From the NCBI GenBank assembly GCA_012295275.1, contig CM022670.1:19716001-19780000 (forward strand): a stretch of 64,000 bases of DNA, in the 5' to 3' direction. Both the position numbers and the translations under genes were made by a program. The stretch's first letter is position 1. The number at the start of each line of letters is the position of its first letter. Of this stretch, positions 38,471-57,656 are shown piece after piece. The notes beneath the pieces were generated by a model, which was given only the letters and a program-made list of their open reading frames with translations, made no database searches and had not been told where the DNA came from. This DNA is from Chrysomallon squamiferum (lineage: Eukaryota > Animalia > Mollusca).

Positions 38471-39219
38471 CAGACAGAGAGACAGACATTCAAAGAAAGA
38501 GAGAGAGACAGACATACAGACAGCAGACAGAGAGACATATGCCGATAGATACATGTAAAATCAAACAAATGTTACAGAGAAGTTGATAAATTGGTAAATA
38601 AATAACAGTGAATAGACAGAAATCAATAATACGAAAAAACAAGGTTTGCATAAGTATATAAAATATTTAAAAAAACTTTTGCTTTTCTTTCTTTCTTTCT
38701 TTCTTTTTCTTCTTTTCTTTTTCTTTTCTTTTCAGAGCGGACCGTGAAAAAGTCTCGTCTCATAATGGGAAAACAGGGATTAAAGCACGAGGCAAACAGC
38801 GCACGGGTAAGTCCAGTTCATCTTCTGAAAGTTCGACAGTACCGAAGTCAGCGTGCTGGATTGACAACGTTACCATCTCCAGCGATGAAGAACTTTCTGA
38901 GAAACCGCAAGAGGTAAACGTTACCATAACCGACAGCATGTTTCCCCAGGTGTCAACTCAAAATGTGGAGATGTCAAATACTCACGATGAGATTCAAACT
39001 GCTGTGAAGACTGCCAAGGAAGATAACGACCAGGCTACGGGCGTTGAAGAGCATCGTGAATTGGTACAAGGTCTCGGAAACGTAGTTGAAGAACAAACTA
39101 TGGAGTTGCCATCATTTATTTGTCCCAGTTCGGAAAGAAAATCTCGACAGGAGGCGATTAAGGAATGGCTGGCTAAAACGAGTTTTACACTAGCTGAGAA
39201 AACAGTACCATTGTTATGA
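31921..39219 (+). CDS. Uncharacterised ~414-aa, largely disordered protein with an N-terminal coiled coil and a structured-looking C-terminal motif
   Basis: Coding exons 31921-31971 (MPSSVTTSTNKMNVDQK, phase 0), 34403-35112 (acceptor gctcctttgcag; alternative in-frame acceptor at 34304; donor gtaagt, phase 2) and 38736-39219 (long pyrimidine tract; in frame with ORF 38938-39219, ending FICPSSERKSRQEAIKEWLAKTSFTLAEKTVPLL*). Probable 5'UTR exons end at 30856 and span 31310-31453. Exons are GC-richer than their flanks. Confidence 0.8.
32286..32600. repeat. Tandem repeat, 3 x 105 bp
   Basis: Units start tgccatagt at 32286, 32391 and 32496, each ending gttgggtcac, with only a few substitutions. 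Confidence 0.97.
32586..32750. mobile_element. Small inverted-repeat (MITE-like) element
   Basis: gaatagttgggtcactctgcaga at the left versus tctgtacagtgaccccattc at the right (reverse complement gaatggggtcactgtacaga). Confidence 0.45.
38408..38550. repeat. (GATA)n microsatellite with degenerate GACA/GAGA tail
   Basis: Perfect GATA run 38408-38468, then degenerate units. Confidence 0.95.
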
Positions 39220-39683
39220 CATTAATTATATATACATGTGCGCGCACACACACGAACACACATATATTTATATATACACTTAAATATACAAAAGTGTGTT
39301 TCTGTATTTCTGTATGTGCATTAGTGTGCGAAATTTTTATGATCTTGTATTTTTGTTTTTCATTTGTAAGATTTATTGCTGTTTGAAAAAAATGAAAAGA
39401 ATGTAATGAAAGCTGAGTTGTAATTCTGTTTCCCGCTATCGTTATCGTCATTCGTGAATAAATAAAATGCTAGTGTTTTTACTACATCTGTCTCATCACA
39501 CCGTGAAATTGTTCCTTTTGTCCACTCTGTTGTCATAGCTGTTATCTGTCGGGTTTTCGATTATTATTATTATTATTAGATGTATTATTATCATCAAAGT
39601 AGCAGCAGCATCTTTTTTTTTTTTTTTTATTTTTATTTTATTCATCATCACCATCATTTTTTAAAATTAACATTTATATAGAT

Positions 39684-39748
<65 letters not shown>

Positions 39749-40174
39749 ATTTTCAGTGTTTATTATTACATTTTTATTAGGCTATTCCCTTTTTATTTCC
39801 TATTTTATTTTGTTTATTAATTAATATTTCGATAAAGAGTTAAGGAATGATCAGTCAGAACGATTTGTGTGCCCGCGACCAGATGAAACAGATTCGTATT
39901 TCGAAGTTACCTGCCAGTTCCTGAAATAAAATGTAAGAAAATAAATTTAAAAGAAAAGAAAAGAAGAAGGTGATGATGAAAAATATGACTATGCTTTCAT
40001 TTATTAATAAGTCAGTTTTATAAAAAAATCTGACTCACAAGACTGAGGAATCCGAGAAGTAGGTAAAGTTAATAAATCTATGTATCTATCTATAATCGAG
40101 GCATTCAGGCATATTGATAAGTCATGTTTATAAACACATGCATAAGTATTTATATAATGGGGATATTATTATTA

Positions 40175-40305
40175 AAGAAAAAAATTAAAAATATATAACA
40201 AGATCAACGTATAGGAACACATCTTGTCAGGCGCAGCAAAGATTATTCCAGCAAATTAGAAAACATTCGTCTGATCCACATAATTAATTTATAATATAGT
40301 ATTGT
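40175..40305. repeat. ~130-bp direct repeat, copy A (copy B at ~42584-42716)
   Basis: aaattaaaaatatataacaagatcaac.tataggaacacatcttgtcagg...aaagattattccagcaaattagaaaacat.cgtctgatccacataattaatttataa is present at both sites, with about 9 differing positions by hand alignment. Confidence 0.95.
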
Positions 40306-40578
40306 GGTAGTAGTAGTGGGGGTAGTAGTAGTAGTAATAGTAGTAGTGCTCATGTTGATATTATCTGTAAGACCTATTATTCATTGTATGAAACTGACTA
40401 ACGTTATCTCTCTAAAAATAATTAACATCAAAATTCTATTGGGTTTATTTATAATATAAATAAATTTGTTTACAACACCTCTATGCGCAGGCGTGGAACA
40501 CCAGCTGGATACTGCGATTTATTTCTCGCGCTGAATCTTTCATTACTGTCACAATTTGGTTTTACTTTTCCACAGAGG

Positions 40579-41127
40579 ATGTATTTCTTCCATGATGACT
40601 ACGTCTATCACAAAACAGTAATAGTTTGCCCACAGAAAAAAAACGAGATGGACATCAATACAGAAGAAACGGGAGTCAGGAATGAAAGGTTAGGAATAAA
40701 CACCGTCATCAGTAAAATGGCCAGTTTGGAAATTGTAATGGAGGACACGATTAAAATGGATTTCAACGAAGTCTGTTCTGCAAAAGGAAAACTACTTCCA
40801 TCTGATTTGGGCTGGCCCAGCAAGACGGGCAATGGAAAACTAAATTTACCGTCTTCTCCAGCAATATCTCGGAGACATTCTGTAAGTGTGGCTTTTCCCA
40901 CAGAAATGCAGAAGAGTACGTTATCGAGTTTGCGTTCGTCAATAGCTTTGTCTACAGGAGGTCAGAAACACAGAAATCAGCGCAGACGATCCGTTGTTTG
41001 GGCAGACGAAACAGAAACACGCAGTTTAGAAACAATACATTTTATCGCTAAACGATCTAATTCCCTTGATCAGATATCGCTTTTGATGAACTCAATTCGA
41101 GAAAAGTGCAGTAATGTAACAAAGTGA
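40579..41127 (+). CDS. Putative protein phosphatase 1 (PP1)-interacting protein with an RVxF-type motif, ~182 aa
   Basis: Open frame 40483-41127. A likely acceptor ttttacttttccacag ends at 40575, followed by an in-frame ATG at 40579 (alternative ATG at 40648). Contains RRRSVVWADETETRSLETIHF and RRHS. AATAAA at 41881. Confidence 0.72.
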   Translation: MYFFHDDYVYHKTVIVCPQKKNEMDINTEETGVRNERLGINTVISKMASLEIVMEDTIKMDFNEVCSAKGKLLPSDLGWPSKTGNGKLNLPSSPAISRRHSVSVAFPTEMQKSTLSSLRSSIALSTGGQKHRNQRRRSVVWADETETRSLETIHFIAKRSNSLDQISLLMNSIREKCSNVTK

Positions 41128-41191
41128 TCTAATTAGCTAACAGTATGTTATTTATTTATATTGATAAACAATGTTTCATTTACCTGTAACA

Positions 41192-41223
<32 letters not shown>

Positions 41224-42583
41224 ACATTTTTCTTATCTTTTTTCTTGATTTTTTTTACTAGATCGACTATTCGTCATGCTGTATTTTACATTACTATCAG
41301 TCTGGTTGTAGGTGTCTAAGCAAGATGCTGTTATATCACGACGACACTGTATAATACATACCTGTGATATTTGCCCAAATATCTTCTGGAAAAGCATTAT
41401 CATCACAAAATACATGTTTATTTCCTTTACAGAAATTTTATTCTTTCTTAAATAGATGGGAAAATAGTGATGGATAATATTATTAAAAAGGATTTCAACA
41501 ACATCTGTTCCAGTGAGGTTCCACAACTAACACTGAAACGAAATATTTGTGAATTTGCTCAGAAGGCGTTTTTCATTAAGAAGAGTACGATATCCAACTT
41601 GTGCTTCTCTGTTGCTTTGACTAGAACTGCGAAGACGAGTAGTTGTTCGGGCTGAACAAACTACAAAAGGAAAAACAAATAATTTATAAAATTGTGCTTT
41701 TTGGTGCTTGTTTCAGAGGAACCAAGAAAAATACAGGAAGGTAGATCTTACTCTTATTTGATTACGTTCGTTATGACTGGATAAATTATTCATCTGTTTT
41801 TAACTAACAACACATAAACGATACATTGCAGAGTTTTTTTTTTTTCATATTTTCTGTACTTGGGAAAATCCGATTTCGTTAATAAAATGATCTAAAATGT
41901 AATTTTGTTACCTCTGAATAATCTTGTTGAGTTACGTTCATTAACATATTCGATTCTTCATAAAATTTCATCCCGTTGTTATAGAGATACTATGTATGAA
42001 GACATCTCTTGTTAGATGCATATATATTTGCTGTTGTTATGCGAAAAAAATATAAGGTGGCCGAATTATACTGAAGTTCTTGAGAAAATTAATTATGACC
42101 GATAAAAATGTTAATAACTGCCACCATTAAAATGTTACATCACATATTCACTTGTATGTATGAGAATTAGATTATTAATACTTGCAATAGCATAAGCAAT
42201 TTAAAATGTAAAGAATGTTTAGATTTCCAAGTGACACCCTCGATCTACACCAGCGTGGACGGGTAACAAATAAAACAAATCCGAGTTAGAATTTATTTAT
42301 TTATTTTAATTTTACTTTCACATTAATCCAACATATGTTAAAGAATTTAAACAAAATACTGACAGAATGAATGTCTGTACATGAATAAAAAGAGGCAACT
42401 ACAGAAATGCTTTTATATAGATGTTCACAAATTCCCCATTTGTATCCGTTTATTTAAAACAAAAAGAAAAAACACAAGGAACTATTTACAACGACAATTG
42501 TACCACAATATTAAATAAAGAAATATATAACATTTTACAGTCTTCTACTTTAAGAAGAAAAAAAAGAAAAAGAAATATAAGCT

Positions 42584-42716
42584 AAGAAAGAAATTAAAAA
42601 TATATAACAAGATCAACCTATAGGAACACATCTTGTCAGGTCCGTAGGAAAGATTATTCCAGCAAATTAGAAAACATCCGTCTGATCCACATAATTAATT
42701 TATAACATAATACTGT
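42584..42716. repeat. ~130-bp direct repeat, copy B, inside the predicted nanos 3'UTR
   Basis: See copy A; lies ~250 nt downstream of the nanos stop on the minus strand. Confidence 0.95.
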
Positions 42717-42842
42717 ATCCACACTGTAACGAATACACTCATTTGTACCCATACATTTGTAGCTAAAATAATCAAACTTAATACAATACGATGTATATTC
42801 ATCATCAAAAAATAAAATAAAATAAAATAAAATAATAAAATA

Positions 42843-42902
<60 letters not shown>
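42843..42902. repeat. (AAT)n microsatellite in the nanos 3'UTR
   Basis: Perfect AAT run preceded by AAAAT units. Confidence 0.96.
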
Positions 42903-42903
<1 letters not shown>

Positions 42904-42965
42904 TAACCAAAATAATTCTGCAGTAACTATATCATTATTAGTATTATTATAACATGTTTTTTTGT

Positions 42966-44099
42966 TTATTCGTATGTTTTTGAATTGTTTCCTCTTCTTT
43001 GTATTGGGTTTCTTTTTCTAATACCGCAACTTGTACGACGTGTTTTGAATGCATCGGCCATGCTTGCAACATCTTTGTGCTGAGGACAGTGTCGGATGGT
43101 GTGCGCCTTGTCCCCTGTTGCACTGCACAAAGGACAAACGTAGTTTCGAAGCACCGGGCATATTACTCTGTCTTTTGAGTCCTTCAACACGTGTGTCGTA
43201 TAAAACTCTCTCGATTCTCCGTTTTTCTGGCAGAATTCACACTCTCTGGCTGAGATTTTATCAACAGCCGATTTTTTTTCGTACAAAGAGTCTTTAGATA
43301 CTTCTTCTTTAACTATCCACGGCAAACTGTAGTGCTGCTGTAGTGAAGGGATTAAGTCGTAACAGTTGTCCGTTAAACTGCCGTTTTCCTGAGAAGAGAA
43401 CATTGACATTTTCCGTCCCAGTATTGCTCTGCCATTTGCTAATGTTTCTGGCATTGTTTCGATCGGACTTTGAAAAGTTGCTTTTGATGGCACACTGGAA
43501 TTCGAGAGCAGTTGCTGAATGGGGCTGAAGCGGTTGAAGTTGTCCCAGTTTTCTTGAAAAGCGGATGTTGGTGATGTTGACAATTCTCGTCTCGATAAAC
43601 CTCTGATTTTCACATCCATTTCTGACTTCATTTCGTTAAATTGTGGAGATGGCGACCGTTTAAAAGTTTCTTCTGGTATTATGTTGCAATTTGGATGCTG
43701 TTGCAGTGTACTACTGAAACCGTTGGTGTCGTCCGTTAATTTGCCGTTTTCCTTAGTTACAGCTCTGCGTCTTGGTAATATTTCGGGCACCGAGTCGTTC
43801 ATTATTTGAAAAGGTTGATTTCGCAAAATTGCTGTTGACAGCGTATTGGAATTCGGAGACTGTTGCAGTGAAAGGTTGAAGTCGTAGTTATCGTCCAGAG
43901 AAGAGAATGTGGATGGTGTTGACATTTTTCGTTCTGGTAAAGCTGGGTCTTTGTTATTTCTACTGCTGGTGTCGGAAGAATCAGATTCAAAAATGTTTGC
44001 CAATCCGAAATAGTCCTTATTAAAATCGTAAGCCGCCATTACGATCTCCTTCTTACACTTGAAACGCATTAAGCGACAGATTTTAGCGTTTTCGTTCAT
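42966..44099 (-). CDS. nanos: Nanos (tandem CCHC zinc-finger translational repressor), intronless CDS
   Basis: CEFCQKNGE...HVLKD...CPVLRNYVCPLCSATGDKAHTIRHCP matches the zf-nanos pattern. N-terminal YDFNKDYFGLANIF resembles the NOT1-interacting motif. The true start may be the ATG at 44039 (gtaATGG). A probable 5'UTR acceptor lies at 44255-44256. Confidence 0.97.
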   Translation of the reverse strand: MNENAKICRLMRFKCKKEIVMAAYDFNKDYFGLANIFESDSSDTSSRNNKDPALPERKMSTPSTFSSLDDNYDFNLSLQQSPNSNTLSTAILRNQPFQIMNDSVPEILPRRRAVTKENGKLTDDTNGFSSTLQQHPNCNIIPEETFKRSPSPQFNEMKSEMDVKIRGLSRRELSTSPTSAFQENWDNFNRFSPIQQLLSNSSVPSKATFQSPIETMPETLANGRAILGRKMSMFSSQENGSLTDNCYDLIPSLQQHYSLPWIVKEEVSKDSLYEKKSAVDKISARECEFCQKNGESREFYTTHVLKDSKDRVICPVLRNYVCPLCSATGDKAHTIRHCPQHKDVASMADAFKTRRTSCGIRKRNPIQRRGNNSKTYE

Positions 44100-44422
44100 T
44101 TTATATCATCGATGCAAGGACGCAACAATAACAAAAAAACGTTTGTTAACTTTGTTTTTCTTTTTTCTCAGATGTTTCTGATTTTCACTTTCCTTTCTTC
44201 TATCTTTCTGCTGTTCTTTATTCATTTGTTTCCTTTGAAATTACTCTTTGATCTCTGAAATGAAATAAAAATAATGTCCACGCTTTGTGTCCCAAAAATG
44301 GAACAATCTGTCGGGGATGTCCGATGGGTGAAGCCTTTAGAGATCAGCAGTAATGTCAAAGAGATTTTAAAAGCTGCTATAATTATTTTATTCGATTATA
44401 TACTATAGTTTTGAAATATCTC

Positions 44423-44455
44423 GGGCTATGTAGCTCAGTGGTTAGTGTTTGAATC
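44423..44455 (+). mobile_element. tRNA-derived SINE head remnant (A-box only)
   Basis: gggctatgtagctcagtggttag matches a tRNA 5' end / pol III A-box, but no anticodon arm, T-arm or acceptor partner follows. Confidence 0.5.
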
Positions 44456-44952
44456 TATCCTCCTTATCATTTAACCATTATCATGTATCAGCAACATTAT
44501 AATTACATCTCTCTCTCTCTCGCACGCACACACACACACGCACACGCACTGTTCTTGATTTTCATTTTCATTTTAATAATTGTAAACAGGACAGAAACAT
44601 CGTTTACCATTACATAATAAAGTATAGGCAGCTGACTTTATCCACGATTAAAATGACTGTTATTCTAAATTGTATTCACAATGGTAGCTTAAAAGAAGAT
44701 AAAATTCTGTAGTTAGTATGATTTTTCAGGGTTTCAGCAGTTCTTAATAGCAGCTATAGCTGGGGTTCATGAATGATCACATAAAGAATTTTTACATAAT
44801 AACCCATCTAACTTTGGTAAACCGAAGATTTGACTAATTTAGTGAGGATTAATTCAATCATTTGGGTTTTCAAAGCCTATTACTTTATTCTTAATACACT
44901 GTATATTGTGATACACACTGACAAACTAATTGCACGAAACTCCCTTAAATTA

Positions 44953-44989
<37 letters not shown>

Positions 44990-45721
44990 GTGATATTAAT
45001 AAAAAGTGGCAAGATTTGATCACGAAAAATTTCCAACTTTAAGCTAGCGATGCAAACGACGAGTTCGCCGAGCTGGTGAAATTCCAAGATTGTACAGCTT
45101 TTGGATTCAACCCGTTCTTGGAAAATCAAGACCTCGGCAAACTGATTGTTAACAATGGCATCTTAGTGTTCACTGGCTTGCATAAATTATTCTTCGCTTT
45201 TATGTATTACATAATCATTAACTGTATGCACTCATCTCGATGTTAACTTAATACTAATGCTTTTTGACATTTTTTTCTTAAATTTGACAAAGTAATTTTA
45301 TTTGTAAAGATGATCCTTTGGGCCTGCATACGGCCAACCTGACATGCTGATATTTAAAAAAAAAAAAAAAATGAATGCCACCACTGGACGGAATTATTTT
45401 TGCTTCTTTAGTGTTTAATTTCTGATTTAGACAATAACAAAAAAAAAAAAAAAAACATTTTCGAAGTGTTTTATTTAAATAAATTGTTTTGATGTATAGG
45501 TTTTGTAGGCGACAAAGGAAACAAAATCCTGCAGTTTGAATCTATTGCTGTCTGGAGCGTGATGAACTGAGAAATAAACCAGTTAATTTCATTAAGTTTT
45601 TGTATTGCTTAAGATAGCAGTTTCGTCCATCTTTATCAAATGCCGATTTATTTGCTTAATTTACGTTCATGTCTGGCTTATTAATAATTATTAATTTAGA
45701 ATTTATACCTTTATCGTTGTT

Positions 45722-45725
<4 letters not shown>

Positions 45726-45790
<65 letters not shown>
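45726..45790. repeat. (GA)n microsatellite
   Basis: Perfect GA run. Confidence 0.98.
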
Positions 45791-45795
<5 letters not shown>

Positions 45796-46006
45796 TTTTT
45801 GTTTCTTTGTTTCGAAACTTCAAAGCGGTTAAGCTATTTGATGAGCAGTTAAAAAGAGCGGTGTTTAACAAACAATCGCTTTCAAATTATTTGCACTGAG
45901 GCCTTTACGATTTTTTCTTGGTGCAAAATATTCAGTAAATTAAAGTTATTAAGCATACATTTAATAAATAAATAAATAAACCCTATCAATCAATCAATCA
46001 ATAATA

Positions 46007-46037
<31 letters not shown>

Positions 46038-47865
46038 TATCAGGTGGCCGAAAAAGTTGGTTTTGTTGATGTTTGTTTTAAAAAAAAAAAAAATTATTGT
46101 TTGTTTGTTGTTGTTTGTTTGGGGTTTTTTGTGTTCTTGAGATGCGCAAAAATGTAGTTGGACAACATAACAAAGAAATGTATTAGTCTCCAAAATACTT
46201 CCTATTTCCTAATGCTTTTCTTCATTAAATATCGCGGAATATTTCCAGCTCACTTGTGTTTTCTTTTGGCTACCCTAAATACCTGAATCAGATAGTAATT
46301 GATCTACAGAGATCCCGACTGTGCTTTAAGTTACTAAACACGCGAAATTTGGTTGTTTTGATCTTGACAGGCCAAACCGTGGTTGTCTGTTTTTCATGGA
46401 ACGGACAAACATTAAATTTACGAAAATACACTTATTTACAGCAGCTACCTGTTAATGTTTTAATGCTCAAAAATGTTATATGTCTAATTATTTTGTACAT
46501 AGTTTGACCTGACTGACCCGTAATGAGCCACTTGTATAGTTTTATTTTTTATTTTTTATTCTTTGTAACTACATGAAACCCATATACATTTGTACTTTTA
46601 GCCGATTTAATCTTAAGATTAAAATAAACAATTTGAAAATCCATTTCTTCTTAATTAACCGATCATTGTCGAGGTTACGCTGTCAAGTAAATTTAAAAGC
46701 ACTCAGCAACAGACATTAGTATGCTTTCGTTAACCAGTTTGATTCATATAAACAGAATTGAATAAATGTCTTTTTTTTTTTCCTTTAAAAAAAAAAAAAA
46801 AAAAAATATAGACAAATGACCTCAGAGGGTTAAAAGAAATCTGGTCATAACCGGTGATACTATAGCTCTGACGTGATATGTGCGACTTTGTATCTACCAG
46901 TGAGTGCATAAAACACAAACCTCATCAAACATACAGTTATTTGTGTCAACCGCAAAATATATATATATTTCTTTTTTTTTTAAGTGAAACAGCAAATGGC
47001 TTTTCACGGATTATTATGCCTCCCTCGATAACATTAAAAATTATGTAGAATTTAAAATTTCAAACATGTCTACATCTAAATATCGAGCATCACACTTTAT
47101 TTAATTTTTTATCTATTTTATTTTATTTCGTTAGTTATTGAATTCACACAAAAAACATTTTATTTGTTTAAAAGCTTTTTACACCCTTTCCATCACATTT
47201 TTACCAAATAAATGATTATGATAGAATAAATAATAAAAATAAGTACGCCTAAATGAACTTATGTTGACAGGAAAAGGGAGGGCTGGCACATTATTATAGA
47301 ATTGTCCTGGGGGTTAAACGATTATTTGAAAATGATAGAATCGAAATTTTTATAAATTCTATAAAAATGTTAATACTTCTCAAACAGTGACAATGAAAAC
47401 AAAGTTCTCATAGAGAGAAAAAAAAGTGTTGAGTTTTAGAAATACCACAAATAATCTTCAGTGTATCACTGTATATAGATTCTACAAATCAGTGCTTTAT
47501 GGAAAGTCAGCTTAAGATTTTAAAATTAACCTAATTAATAAATATAAGCCTCTCTTTTCATATTCTATAGTCACATATAAAAATTGATGTTATTTATTGT
47601 TTTGAATAAATAACAATGAACACAATAATCTATTTTTTATTCCATAATACATAACTAGGACAGAATTTTAAAAAAAGGAACATGATCCATTACCATGGTA
47701 AATATATTTGTTCGGTATTATTATATTAGTGAGTTCTTCATTAAGAAAGAAAAGAAAACTCTGGCTGGCAATAAGTAGCAAGTGAAACGCCAGTTCCGAC
47801 CTGCTGGAGGATTTACTCCCATTATTCCCAGAAGTAACAGAAGCTGCTTGAAAACAGTAAAGTTA

Positions 47866-57196
<9,331 letters not shown>

Positions 57197-57656
57197 TTTG
57201 TTTATTTCGATTTCGCGCTAAAAATGTTATGTACTTCCGGTAACATATGTCTCCTTTTAATAGATGTACTAATCAGTCTGTGCATGAGTTTAAAAAATAA
57301 ATATACCATTTCAAAGCTCGTTATTATTATTATTGTTATTATTAAACATTAAATATTTAAAACTAAACTTCCACGAAACCAATGATAGCAATATTTTCGT
57401 TTCGTATTTTCAATTATGAACCTGCCAGCTGAATTATTTATTTACAATAAAAAAATTTAAGCTAAATAATAAAAAAAAAAAAGTTGGGGGTGGGGGGAAA
57501 TGACAGTGTTTTGGCACTGTGGTGTATTCTTTATTTCTTTTATTATTATTATTATATTTTTATTTTTATTTTTCTATTTTTTTTTTTTTTTTGATTTTAG
57601 TGTGAGGTTTGCAAAATTAAGCAAACCTTATAATCATGTGACCCAATGTTTTTAAA
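57197..57656. promoter_or_regulatory. Bidirectional promoter between PRIM2 and LMBRD1
   Basis: The ATGs are 460 bp apart, head-to-head. E2F consensus TTTCGCGC at 57211-57218 and ETS motif ACTTCCGGT at ~57233-57241 lie on the PRIM2 side. M-box/CLEAR-like TCATGTGAC at 57634-57642 lies on the LMBRD1 side. Confidence 0.78.

Noticed and set aside
42620-42680. Smaug recognition element (CUGGA) in the duplicated nanos UTR segment
   Set aside because: The pentamer is present on the minus strand, but the flanks do not form a convincing stem by hand.
44423-44500. tRNA gene
   Set aside because: Only the first ~25 nt resemble a tRNA; there is no anticodon arm, T-arm or 3' acceptor strand.
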